From Welwitschia mirabilis (lineage: Eukaryota), in NCBI GenBank assembly GCA_051453625.1, contig JBOZIK010000001.1, positions 5,204,784-5,233,695 of the forward strand: a DNA stretch of 28,912 bases, in the 5' to 3' direction. The position numbers and the translations under genes are program-made. Below, piece by piece: positions 11,811 through 24,134 of this stretch. Under the pieces are notes generated by a model that was given only the letters and a program-made list of their open reading frames with translations, made no database searches and was not told the origin of the DNA. The first letter of the stretch is position 1. Every line of letters begins with the position of its first letter.

Positions 11811-12519
11811 ATTAAAAGTGTAAAATCCATGTTTTACTTTAGCTAGTAGTAGCTGTATGCTAACCTCAGGCTTTTACATAAAATTGATACTTTTTAGTTG
11901 AGTGTAATAATAGGGATTATCTCTATGAGCAGTTAAGTCTATGTTCTATACTTTTTCCTACTACATTGATAACTTCATTTTCTCTACAAGGTGCTTTCAT
12001 TTAGTAGTAGCTATATTAGTGATTGTTTTAGTGATTTGTCTTATCAAAACATGCTCTTTGTGCTATAGGGAGGAGTTTCGCACATCAAAAAATAGTGTTA
12101 GTCTAGTAAAATACTATGCTCTTTCTGAGAAGGGAAACATGTTATCTAACATTTTCCTTAATCTTCATCTTCATTGCCTTATTGTTTTCTTGTAAAAATG
12201 TTGTATAGTGATTAATTAGAGTCTTTGATAAACACAGCAATAAAGTAAAAAACGTTTTTATAATATTCTTTGGTAGCTTATAATTTGAAACCAAGTTCTT
12301 TTGAGCAATCCAAATTGGAATCCTAGTTCATGAGCTATACGCTTTATAATGTTCTTCTAGAGGGATTCACTTAAGCAAAATTGCTAATTATTATAATATT
12401 ATACCATGATAAAATAATGATTTCTAATTAATATTAGTTTAATATTTTAAATTTTGTAGATGTACACTAAGATTATTATGGCTAAATAAAATAAAATAAA
12501 TAGTTATCTCCTTGGTAAA

Positions 12520-13060
12520 GGCAGAATGAAATAATTACAGTTTCTACCACAAACATGACATCATCTTTATAGAAGGCATGATTCTTGTCAAAAATGATTC
12601 AACAAACCCTTTGTAAAATGGAGAAATACAAATACATTAATGGTTAATTTGGAATGATATTAGATCCACTCAAAAATTAATTTAAAAATAAATAACAAAC
12701 ATTCTTATTTTCATATGGTAGTTTTATTTTTGCTTTATCAAGTTTTCTATTAGTCAGTGTTTATCAAAGATTCTAAGAATAACATGATGCAATTCTAGAA
12801 TTAACCTATATCTTTCAAATATATTTATTTTTTGAACATTTATTAATTCATTAGAGTATGTACTTAGCCAAAATAATAGATGTATTTTTGTAAGATTATC
12901 TAGTACAAAATTTAGAAAAAATGATCATAACCAACCTGCTTGATCTTCTTGATGTTTTTAGTGTTCTTAAATTAGGGCATATGTTGGTTGCATTATTCCT
13001 AGTGAAATTAAAGGTTTATTTCCAATACTTCTACTACTTCAATATATGCTTCAATTAGTT
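12520..13060 (-). pseudogene. Possible further L1 ORF2 C-terminal fragment
   Basis: Weak colinear motifs: IGNKPL (WxGxxPL), DHFF*IL, KI*V, LT/ENLIKQK/KLP...YLFLN, IIFDKN...DVMFVV. Confidence 0.3.
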
Positions 13061-13679
13061 TAAAGTATTTTAATCTATGCTTCTATAAACTACTACTAGT
13101 AACAGGCATAGAGTTATGAATAAGTTTAACAATAAAATGGCATATAAAATGGATGAGGAAAATGAATGGAAAGAACAATACAAAACATAGTGTCATTATA
13201 TATAAAATGTGAAAAAACACTATAGCAAGTGATGTAAGATTTACTCATAAACATAACAAAGAAGACATTGTAGAATATAAAAATGTAAAGACAATTTAAG
13301 CTCTGTAATAGTATAAAGGTTAAAAAATGAGCTTAAATCTTGAACTTTTATAAACTTATTATGAGTTTTACTATGCAATATGTCAAACAATTTTGGAAAT
13401 ATCATTTGGTTTATATTTTAATTAATTTAATAAGATATTTATTATTAAATCTGTTAAAGTATGATATGTTAATTTTGTTAAATGTGCATTATGAATACAC
13501 ATCCATATTATTTATTAAATAAAAGACAAAATGAAATTATGCTAGCACTGTTTCATTACAAATTATTTTGGAAGTAAAAATATGAAAATTGGATTTTTTT
13601 TAATTTCATAATGGAGGAAAATATAACTTTTTATTCTATCTGATCTCTAGATTTAACACTTCAGTAGTTGAAAAGTCTT

Positions 13680-14740
13680 ATCTTCATTAAATAAGAACAA
13701 CGTCAGGTATCAACTTCTTAGTTTCATTGCTTTATCACTAGATGTTCGAGTAGATGCTTATAAAACATCTCTAAGTTATTGTATTTCTATATATTATTAA
13801 ATTGAGTTTGTGTGATTTGTTGCTTCATAATATAAGATCATAGTGCTTCAGCTATGATACCCAGTTCCTCTTTATTCATTGATGCTTTATAAAATTTTAG
13901 TGTTTCATAGATGAATATCTCTTTCTTAATCTTATTAATATTTATCTTGCTCTTAGTTTATCCCTTTAGCTTTGTTAACTAAGATTATAGGCCATTGATA
14001 TTTAATAAGGTTATCTTCTAATTTTGATAAAGAATAAATCATTAGGCAATATAAGAACTAATTTCTTCTATGCTTAACTATCTTAATTTCTATAGCCTTT
14101 AAAACCTTAACACTAGATGAAATGACATTACCTCCTTCTCTCTTATATATTTTTAACATTACATGAATTATTATGATGTCAATTTAGGTCACAACTTCTA
14201 TGAGAACTAAAATTGGTTAACATTATTAGATAATAAAATAGAAGAATTTATTTTGTTTCATTAATAGTAACAACCATCTATGGTAACTCTTCCTTTAAGG
14301 TTTTATTAATGAATTTCACTTCTACTACCACTCATGCTTTAGGAATAATTCATATCATGTTGGAAATAAGTATAGAAGTTTAGTTTGTTCCATTAGTAGC
14401 AAAATAAATAATAAAGAAAGCAAACTTTGATAAATTTAAAGTATTATTTAATAATTAATAATTAATATTTAAACATTACTATAAAGAGTCTTCATCTTCA
14501 ACTAATATAGTAGATTAATAAATAATATTATGCTATTTTTAGGTAAGTAGTTTATGGACGAACCATTTACTTGAGTCTTAAACTTTTATAACTATAAGTG
14601 TTTCATCACACTTTGTTTGACTCAATACAATGTTTGTTGCATAAGTTATTCTTTTCGGAATGAATGTTTTTAGTCTATATCGTATTTCTTTAAGTAGGAA
14701 GAATTACACCTTTGGCTGTAGAATGAAACATGTTACTTCA
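13680..14740 (-). pseudogene. Degenerate chromovirus-like Ty3/gypsy gag end, protease and RT
   Basis: In order: T*EIRYRLK; QVNGSSINYL (protease start); SHRSCD at 14205-14188 (LPPxRxxDH); VMLKIYK; KAIEIKIV; WPIILVNKAKG/KLR; TGYH at about 13865-13853 (SGYHQ); KYNNLEMFY (YEYLxMPFG); IPDVVLI at about 13710-13690 (YLDDILI). Confidence 0.65.
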
Positions 14741-14769
14741 TGTTTTATTAATCAAGTTAAGAAATGCTA

Positions 14770-16582
14770 AGTCAATTTAGTTAACTTTCTAACAGTTATT
14801 ATCTATTGCTTATGCTAAAACTTCCCAAGTAGATATAACATTTTTAATACTATATCTCCTTTTAACAAAATTAGTCTACTTAATACAAATGATATTATAT
14901 ATAATACTCTTTATTTTGTTAGCTAGAAATTTTAATTAATATTCTATATGAAACATTAAGTGGAGTAGTTAATCTTTGTATCAAAATGGTGTGTAAATCA
15001 ATTCACTTTGGTAGATAGATGATATTCTAATTAAGCTTTAAACTTAAGCTACCTTTATGAAATACTTTTTGAACTATCCCAAAGTTTTTTTTGATAATAT
15101 CCCACGTGTTTTTATAAACTTTAATAGACAAACAATCAATTCTTGGAGCCTTATCCTTATCCATTTCAAATCTAGCTATCTTTAACTCATCCTCTATAAT
15201 ATGTTTCTTCAAGCTTTAATGATGGAGATATAAAACTTTCTATTATATAAAGTTAACATTTTAATAATGAGATAATATTGAAAATCATAGAATTTAAACT
15301 CCTTAGTAAAGTACTTTGCTAAGTAACTTAAAATGGCTTGAGGATTAAAGTGTAATGAATCATTAATTTAAGTTTACCTAAATGGAAAATAAGAAAGACG
15401 TCTCTTAAGAAAACTTAAAAATATCTTTAATATTAACATCTTGAATGTTAAGCCAAGAAACTCTACTCTAAATAGAAGAACTTTTACAAAAGAAATTTCT
15501 TTAAAGGTATTCAAGTGCTTATTAATGTTTGAAAAATATTTATGAAAATGATGATTAGAAGGATCTTGTTCTATAGTAATGAAAATTGGTGGAATACAGT
15601 ATTAAATATTTAAATATACTTTAGTTAATTCTAGTAGCCATTTGTTTACCAACATGTTTAGAATGATTTCAAATATGACATATAACATAGATTCCCTATG
15701 TAATTCATCTAATATAGGCACTTGAATGAGGCTCTGTATTCCATAAAATATGAAAAATAGTTATGCTTATATTAGAATTATATACATTTCCATCTAATTT
15801 AAATAGAGAATAATAATTTCTCTTAACTAAATATCTAAAGTCAATTTATAAACAAATAGCATAATAATTTGATAATAAGCATTTATTTTAAACTTTAACT
15901 TAAAAAATAATTTTAAAAATAAATAAAATAAAACATAAAATTTATTCATCAATAAATACTATGATGATGTCCTAATGAAAAATATAAGCAAGTATAAAAA
16001 TATTCCTCATGAGATAATTGACATTATCGAAAGTAATTAATAAGATCAAAATGTTCTTTAAGAGAAGGTTAGAATATTTTTTCCTAAGGAATTTATTTAG
16101 AAAGAGGATTTTCCAATCTTATTAAATAAATTCTCAATCATATTAAAATCTGAACCAAGAATCTAAGGAGTATTTAAAAGAGAGTAAGTTAACTCGAACC
16201 ATAAAGTAGTTTATTTAGAATATTTATTTAGATCACAAATGAAGTGAATTTCAAAAACTGCATAAGTAGAACAAAGGAGCATCTAGCTACATATCTTTAA
16301 TAATTATGAGCTTTTGAACTAATTTTCATGTTGTAATGAATGATATAAGAATGACCTCCGCTAGTACAACTCTTTATGGTAAATGTAACACCATTTTTAA
16401 TAAATCAATTTCTAATGCAAGTCATTTCTTCTTAAGAGATATTAAGCTTTTTATAGTAATATAAAATGAGTGGATAAGGTACATTTCTGAATGAAATTCC
16501 TACGTCCCCCCTTCCCCCCCTATTTTTTACTTAATAGAAGGCTTTTTGTGAGTTCTTAGACATTTCAAGAATGTATAATCAT
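14770..16582 (-). pseudogene. L1 ORF2 (APE endonuclease to early RT), disrupted
   Basis: ATG at 16582: MIIHS*NV*EL (WNVRGL); FILL*K; TSGG; TP*ILGSDFNMI (about 16172-16136); SRVSWLNIQDVNIK; supplied ORF 15027..15212 EDELKIARFEMDKDKAPRIDC...WDII (KAPGPDG); LLNVSYRILIK/LANKIK; STWEVLA*A. Confidence 0.9.
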
Positions 16583-16708
16583 GGATACATGGAGAATGAA
16601 ATTTTAAATATTTCAAAAACATATAATCATGGGCATGTAAAGAACGAGGCCTCATTAGGTAAATTAATGATTAGGTTGTAATGAAGTTCTATGTGATTCT
16701 TGTAGTTT

Positions 16709-17254
16709 NNNNNNNNNNNNNNNNNNNNNNNNNNNNNNNNNNNNNNNNNNNNNNNNNNNNNNNNNNNNNNNNNNNNNNNNNNNNNNNNNNNNNNNNNNNN
16801 NNNNNNNNNNNNNNNNNNNNNNNNNNNNNNNNNNNNNNNNNNNNNNNNNNNNNNNNNNNNNNNNNNNNNNNNNNNNNNNNNNNNNNNNNNNNNNNNNNNN
16901 NNNNNNNNNNNNNNNNNNNNNNNNNNNNNNNNNNNNNNNNNNNNNNNNNNNNNNNNNNNNNNNNNNNNNNNNNNNNNNNNNNNNNNNNNNNNNNNNNNNN
17001 NNNNNNNNNNNNNNNNNNNNNNNNNNNNNNNNNNNNNNNNNNNNNNNNNNNNNNNNNNNNNNNNNNNNNNNNNNNNNNNNNNNNNNNNNNNNNNNNNNNN
17101 NNNNNNNNNNNNNNNNNNNNNNNNNNNNNNNNNNNNNNNNNNNNNNNNNNNNNNNNNNNNNNNNNNNNNNNNNNNNNNNNNNNNNNNNNNNNNNNNNNNN
17201 NNNNNNNNNNNNNNNNNNNNNNNNNNNNNNNNNNNNNNNNNNNNNNNNNNNNNN
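16709..17254. other. Assembly gap (546 N)
   Basis: Run of N; it creates the two supplied X-filled ORFs. Confidence 0.98.
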
Positions 17255-17639
17255 AAATTAACTAAAAGTTTGGATTTTTTTTTCAAATATTTTATAACAA
17301 GATAAGTGCTTTAATTAAAACAAACTTAATTTTCATTAAAGGTCCATCAAGATTAGATTCTATATGAGAATCCTCAATTGTAACCTATTCTATATATAGT
17401 TTTTTTTATTCTTTATAGCACCATTTATAATAAAAGCATGTGCATTTTGTGGAACTAGAGATTTCTTGAATAAAGAAGCTTCATTAATTTCCCTTTACTA
17501 GATGTATAAGATTAGACATTTTGACCCTTTGGTATTATTTTAATTTTCATAACCAAATGAGGTATTTTGAGAAAAAAGAAACCATAAAGCAAAATAATTT
17601 TCTACCTTATTATTAAAAAGTTTAATGGTGGATGACTTC

Positions 17640-18000
17640 TAAATGGGATAATGGTTAAACAAATGGTCTTCTTTATGACAATAATTGTAAAAGTTTAAAG
17701 TATTAAATAACTTATTACATGTGGAAGATTAAACAACTTATTATTAATGGGTAACAACATAAACTTTAAGGGATAAAACTTTCTTTCTATTATTTAAATA
17801 TATATCAAGTTTCAAGTAAGGGGAAAAAAATTGACTATTAGTAACTAGTCTAAGAACCTTAACCATTTTAGGCTTAAATTTATTAAAAATAAGAGGCAAA
17901 TCTAACAACTCCATAAACAAGGTAAATTATAATGTTTTTAAGCATTAATATCAAAATTTATTTCTCATTGTCAAAACTATTAAAATAGTGTGGCAATGAA
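17640..18000 (-). pseudogene. L1 ORF1 fragment (end of DUF4283 plus zinc knuckle)
   Basis: Q*EINFDINA*KHYNLP/LFMELLDLPLIFNKF (WxxxFD...PVWVELxxLP), and NFYNYCHKEDHLFNHYP at about 17695-17645 (decayed CX2CX4HX4C). Confidence 0.75.
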
Positions 18001-19319
18001 TAGAAGTACGTAAAGAAATAGCTTTAAAAAATTCAACTAATCAAACATAAGCAAAGCATTATGCATGAAAAGCTATGATATCATGAAATATTGAAAAAAC
18101 AAGATTGAAAGATAATCAAAGATTTGTAAGAAAATATATCACAAGGAAAGATTAGCAAGATGTTACTTAAATAAGACATCAAATAAGATAAAATCAAAAT
18201 TATACCTACATTCTACTTTAGAATCATATTATTAGTATCCTTGAGAGATATGCTAAATAATGTTTATAATATTTGAATCTATGATACAGAGGGTGAGATT
18301 ATTATAAAGTTTACACCCCTTGCATTGTCTAGTTACTCGAAATCCTATATAATTCACATTCAGATCTTTATAGTTATAGAAAAACCCTTGGTTTACATCA
18401 TCAAATATTCACAACTATAGAAAAACCTCTCTAATTCACATCCTAATACTTTAATTTTTTATCATATTTTTTAACTTAAATAGATCCTTTTAAATAAAGT
18501 AAATTTACAAAGTCAAATGTAAATTATTGAAATAGTAAAGAAGATATGTAATATGAATTACTTTAATATTCTAAAGTGCTTGAAAAATTTATAAATTTAC
18601 ATAAAATAGGTAGTTTTAAGTTAATAAAGCTTAAAGATAAAATTCTATACTCATTTTTAATGTCATTAATTAGTTGATCATAGCATTTTTTTATTTTTTT
18701 TAAAGTCATGATTTATCTTGAGAACCAACTATTTTCTATTAGTGCGTTATGATAACTACACCCCTAAAGGTTGTTTCTTTAGTAGTAAAAATATTTTTAT
18801 AAAAAGAAAGAGTAAAAGAAAACTAGAAAAACAATCTTTAAATACTAAAATTTATTTATCCTAATAGATGTAAAACATTTATATTAAAATGAAATAAAAT
18901 ACATCAAATAAAGTTCATTAAGTTTTCAAAGGAGATAACCCATTATGGTATTTTCCTATATAAAAGTCCTAAAAATAAAGCTTAAAATCTTTTAGAACTT
19001 GAATCCTAATCTCTTAGAAAATTCTAAAATTAAAATGAGTTTATTAATAATGAATAAAAACTATTCACTTTTTTAAAGGTAAAAAAGGAATCGTATTTAA
19101 AGATTATGTTTTTGAATGAGAAAGTCCTTCCTTTGTAATAAGGAGATGCACGGACATTCAATCATAGGATCATAAATTCCCTTAACTAGTAAATCAATTT
19201 GGGAAATTTAATTATTTAATAATATTTTCTCACTTTTAGAAAAAGCTATAAGAACCACTTCAAAAAAAAATTAGTATCATGTGAGATAAAATAAATAAAT
19301 GATGTTGTAAGAAAAAAGG

Positions 19320-20110
19320 GCATTAATGTGCTAGCTTGTTTTATGTTATTATAATTAAGTTGATAGAATAAAGTTAAAAATATATAAACTTTGAGGAATT
19401 AAAGAAACATAATTAAATTCTATTATTGGCTTACATCATAAAGTATCAAATTGGTAATCATCTACACCAAATTGACAAATAGACATGTATTTATGTCGAG
19501 GATTAAGAGAAAATTGAAACTTAAGATGGAATTTAAAAAAATTATTCTAAATATTGGTTTGGATTTTTAAACAAATTTAAAATTTAAAATGATGACTAAT
19601 ATAATAATATTAAAATATACCTATGATATCTTATGATCATGTAATATTTCTAGCTATCAAATGTATCTTATTTATCTATAAATTATACAACATTTATGAG
19701 TAGGTTGTAACTATTAGAATATTTAACAAAGATAAAGAGTCATCTCTTCATATATAGAGTTTTATCCTAATATGAGTATTAAGGGTCTTTTCCCCCTCAA
19801 AAATAAGTTGTATGTAGTAACCAAGCAGAAAAGAATTTACAAAATCCCTCTTAGTAGGGAAGAAAAACACATTCTAGAAAAATTGAATTTTGAAATTCTA
19901 GTTAAACAAAGAAGTAATAGGAAATTAGCACAAACTATCAAGAACTAACTATTTATCACTTTTAAATTGCTTATATCTTGGTAGCTATAAACTTGGATAT
20001 TGTTGAATTTAGGATATTGATAAACTAATAAAAAACAATAGCATAAGATAAAGGCTAAGGGTAAAATAACTTGAAGATTTGTATAGATATTAACATTTTA
20101 TAAGATATCA
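19320..20110 (+). pseudogene. Degenerate Ty3/gypsy protease to RT N-terminal fragment
   Basis: IPMI...FLA (about 19617-19655, weak); LSREEKHILEKL (about 19850); DIDKLIKNNSIR (about 20013-20048); KICIDINIL (about 20074-20100; WRxCIDYRxLN). Confidence 0.45.
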
Positions 20111-20249
20111 TCTTTTGTATCATTGAATGCATTTATTATAGTGCATGAGATGATACATTATTCTTAGGCATTATTTATCTAAGATGTCCTTAACCTAATT
20201 AAGAATCTTTATTTTTTATAATGTCTTATTTCCTTTGCGTTTGCTTTTA

Positions 20250-20600
20250 TCCATGTGCTAGTATAGGATCAACTTCTTCTAGGATTTAAGAATAAGATTA
20301 ATGGAGGCTTTTAAACTTAAAACTAGGTCCTTGTAATGGTTCCTCCAAATTTTAATTTAGATGAGCTTGTATAATTCTATCTCTCTACTCTTTTCTCATA
20401 CTTCCTCTTCCATCGAATGCTCAACATTCTTCTTAGGATCTAGTATATCCTCCATATCGTACTCATCACAGGAATTAATCCAAGTACTAGAGAAGCTACC
20501 ACTACTACTAGAGTACATGCCCTACTTTTCTCTCCTTAGAACTTCTTTAAACTAAATCCTAGAATTATCTCTGTTTTTATCATTCATTCCTTGAGCTTTG
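20250..20600 (-). pseudogene. Possible L1 ORF1 N-terminal fragment
   Basis: Nearly open frame *FKEVLRREK...DEYDMEDILD...EEEV...EIELYKLI*IKIWRNHYKDLVLSL, resembling the SFKxxL/acidic/LVxKL layout upstream of DUF4283. Family assignment is inference. Confidence 0.35.
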
Positions 20601-21429
20601 TCATTATCAATACTTATCTAAATATGGGGAGCTATTACTTAATTCTTCATGCCTAAGGGATAGACTATGGATTTAGACTATAGTAGGGCTACTTTCATGG
20701 AGATTCTATAGTAAGGATATCCCTTTCCTAGCATTTTTAAAACCTTCAAAGACACCATCTATAGTGATTGAAATCCTTACCTTAGGCCTAGTAGGTGATT
20801 TTAGTGTACCACCCTTCACAACTAAAGCCTTTTTAATGTAAGAAACCAAGTCCCTATGAGAGACAAAAGCCTTGAATTTTCTCTATTCCCTTATTTGATC
20901 TTGAGATTCTTTACTAACTAATTTTATATTAGCTCACCCCTTAGTAATTCCAATTTAGGACTTATCCATTGATCTTCTTTTCCTTTGTGCATCTTGCTAT
21001 GATCCTCCACTTGCTTCCTGAGATATACCTTCTAGTTCTTATGCCTAATATCTGCTTCTACTTCCTCTAATACCCTAGGCCCTAAAGATTTACCTCATGT
21101 GGATTGCTTCTATTAAATCTTGGGGATTCTTCTTCTTAAGCTTTTTATCTTTTGAATAAGATTAGAATACTTACCTACTAATTTTTGCTAGAGTTTCTTG
21201 GTTAGAAAACATGAAAGATTAATTTTCCTTTTCTCTCTTAGTATATGAAGAAAATATAAATAAATACCTTGCATCTCATAGTGATTCCCCTTGTGGATGA
21301 GATATTTATTGATAAATTTTACTAGAAGATCTTATGAAGACTATAGTAAGGATTTCTGAATGTAAGCATTTTTCTCCCATAGAGATTTTTATGTAGAAAG
21401 TAGTCTAAATTATTGTACCTAATAAATGA

Positions 21430-23432
21430 GGGAAAAATAAAATTCCTTTCCTCTTTTGAGACTACAAACTCCATACCTAACATAGGAGATATGGGAATAT
21501 TATGCCTCTTTTAAAGTAATTTTCCCTCCTTAACAAAGTTTCTCACATTGAAATGGGGCTTATTTTTCAAGTTTGTTAGCCAGTCATAGATTGTAATTTC
21601 TATAATTCACCATAGTTTTGCATTTCCTTAGTATAGTCACAAATTCACAGGGTCATGACTAGGATGTAGACCCATCATGGGAACTTAATCTAAGTCTTAT
21701 GTTGAATACGGCAGAGGATTTCAAGTGTACTAAGACCTTTAATTTTAAACACTTATGTGTTTTTTGTGATTTAGATATGATAAATGATAATTTCTATGTC
21801 TTTACCTTTATTAGAGCATATGTCACTTCAACGTAAAGTTCACCTAAGTTTTGCCCAAATTAACTTGGTCCCTATACAATCCCAGAATATTTTTTTTTTT
21901 TTTTTTGGTCTTGGTGTACTTACAAAAGTTGAAATCCTCTATAATATAAAGAGCTCTCCTTCTTAGGCTAGAAACCATTAAAATTTTACCTTTCAATAGG
22001 AGTCATTTAATGACTTCATATTTTCTTATTAGATAGTTCTTGAAAGCCTATATAGAAGGGGATCCTCATTGTACTTGAGTAACATAAATCTCTTTAGAGT
22101 AAAGGGTTCTTTATTAATTATTCTCTATTCTAAGCTAGATCATTTTGTTGGGATCCATTTATTTCTAAGTTCACCTAGATTTAGAATGGCATCACCAATT
22201 TCCTAGCCTCTACTTTTTGGAATAAACCACCTACTCTAGCAGTTTTTAACTTAGCTCTTACATGTTCTTTCAGCCAGTCATTCACTAGCCTAAGACGTTT
22301 TAAGTCCTTGAGGATGTGGCCATTTAAAATTATTAATTTTTAAAGGAAATGTTTTTCTTACCTAGATTTTAGATGTTTCACATTTCTAACTCTTTTCTAT
22401 CTTTACATATGGATATGCAGAAGAGGGAATTCCCCTTACTTGAATTCCTAGTTTCAACATTTTTGGCTTAAAATATTCATTTAAAAATTCTTATCTCACT
22501 TCTAATTTTTCGATAATCTTTATTTGAGCGAAAAATACAGTCCTTTATATATTAAATCCCCTAACTACAAATCCTATTAGACTTGTAATATTTTCCCAAG
22601 TTGATACATGGTTGCTTCCATTCCTTTTTCTATCTTATTGAATGAAATTACAAATTATCCTATCAAGAAAGTTCTTGATTTGCTCTGATAGCACTCCCAC
22701 GACACTATACCTTGCTATAGCTATTAAAACTATGTTAGCCAAAATGATTTTTTCTTTGCTAGTAAAAAATAGAAAAACCTAGTTATTGCACCTTCTTTCC
22801 AACTTTTGGATTAGACTTCTAAATACCTATAATTAAACATGGAGATTTATAGGTAGGCATTCTTGTCCTTGCCTCTTTTAATTTTCATCATTCTACAAAT
22901 TTCCTCCTAATCACTCCTCTAAGTATGATACAATAAGCTCTACTTTTAGACTAGTTAATTTCTAAATCAAAATCTTTTCTGAGCCTATCTAATACTCTTT
23001 TTATGGATCTAATTTATTGAATGTGAGAATATAAAAATATCATTATGAATATCTATGCCTATACTTCTATTTTCTCTTAAGTAATCTTAAAGACAGTTAA
23101 GTAATAATAAATAAGTAGGAATCCAAACAATCTTCCTATCTTAGACCTATTCTTATAGAAAAATACCCATGAATCCATTTATTAATTTTAAGGATAGATC
23201 TGATTGAACTTTGTATACACAAACTAAGCTTAATAAATTTTCTTGAAAATCTTTATTTCTTAAAAGATGTTTAAGAAACTTTCAAAAAATACTGTTATAA
23301 TCCTTCTTAATATTAAGTTTGAGGATATAGCCCTTGAATATTTCCTTAGCTTAAAAAGGGAATGAAAATTTTATGATTAAGAATGCTCTAATCTAGAATC
23401 CCCTTACCTTCCAAAGAAAAATTTTGACAAGG
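21430..23432 (-). pseudogene. L1 ORF2 reverse transcriptase to zf-RVT, disrupted
   Basis: PCQNFSLEGKGILD; ILKLNIKKDYNSIF*KFL (KLDxxKAYD..W.FL); GLR*EDCLDSYLFII (GLRQGDPLSPYLF, about 23148-23103); HNDIFIF (ADD); LEIN*SKS; LDRIICNF; STWENIT; NKWIP; KLIWAK/GELYV; L*ICDYTK; VWSL*...RNFIF. Confidence 0.9.
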
Positions 23433-24104
23433 TTGAAAGCATAGTGCTTTTTCATTCATTGGGAAATTTCTTTACACATAATAGTGACTAAAGGATCATA
23501 ATCTATGATGCTTTTGAAGTTTGTATATATCATCATATTTGATCAAGAGTTATTCATTATGGTTTTATTTGATGATAGCAACTTATCATTGTGTGCTAGC
23601 AACTTAGTCATGAGGTGCTTTAATAACCTACTATTTAAGCATAGTAGCATTATTCTTATATAAGATGAAAGTCATCAAGGTGTCAATTAAAATTTGAAAA
23701 TCCTTGATTAAAGCTATTCTTCTTTGATTATCTTCTTTAGCCTTTCAATCCTATATAAGTTTACTAATTCATTTTAGCTCTATGCATCAATTTCCAACTA
23801 TAATATTTTTTGATCTTCATATGTGATAGTGCTACTATTTTTCATTTTTAACTCAATCATAAAATTATGTATCTATATAACTAAACTACACATCCATGGC
23901 TAATCAAACATGTTTTAACTTTTTTCAACCTAGATTAAAAATGCTATTAGTTTTTATCCACTACTTGGAATTTAGGTCATAATTTATTAGTTTTAGCTAC
24001 ATATTTCACTATTTTAAACACTAGTACATAAAGATTTTTTGTTATTTTGTACATGTTGTTAATACGTTTCCTACAAAAGTTATATTAAAGTTTGTATTAA
24101 TTAG

Positions 24105-24134
24105 AGGCATTTATTTGAAAGGCATTTATTTGAA
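24105..24134. repeat. Perfect 15-bp tandem duplication in the copia RT
   Basis: AGGCATTTATTTGAA twice. Confidence 0.9.

Larger units (their letters stand above)
14770..18000 (-). mobile_element. Second degenerate L1 LINE (ORF1, gap, ORF2 endonuclease and start of RT)
   Basis: ORF1 motifs lie right of the 546-N gap and the ORF2 start lies left of it, on the same strand and in canonical order. Confidence 0.8.

Noticed and set aside
16627..17286. The two longest supplied ORFs (219 and 194 aa)
   Set aside because: Almost entirely X; artefacts of the N gap.
18285..18450. Possible Mutator-like MITE terminus with repeated TATAGAAAAACC
   Set aside because: No matching inverted terminus or TSD found by eye.
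21600..21730. FNIRLRL and GLHPSH, resembling the antisense ORF of Tat/Retand elements
   Set aside because: Better explained as the zf-RVT region colinear with the adjacent L1 RT.
22682..22693. GCTCTGATAGCA, resembling a reversed PBS
   Set aside because: It lies in frame within L1 ORF2 (VLSEQIKNFLDR) with no LTR next to it.
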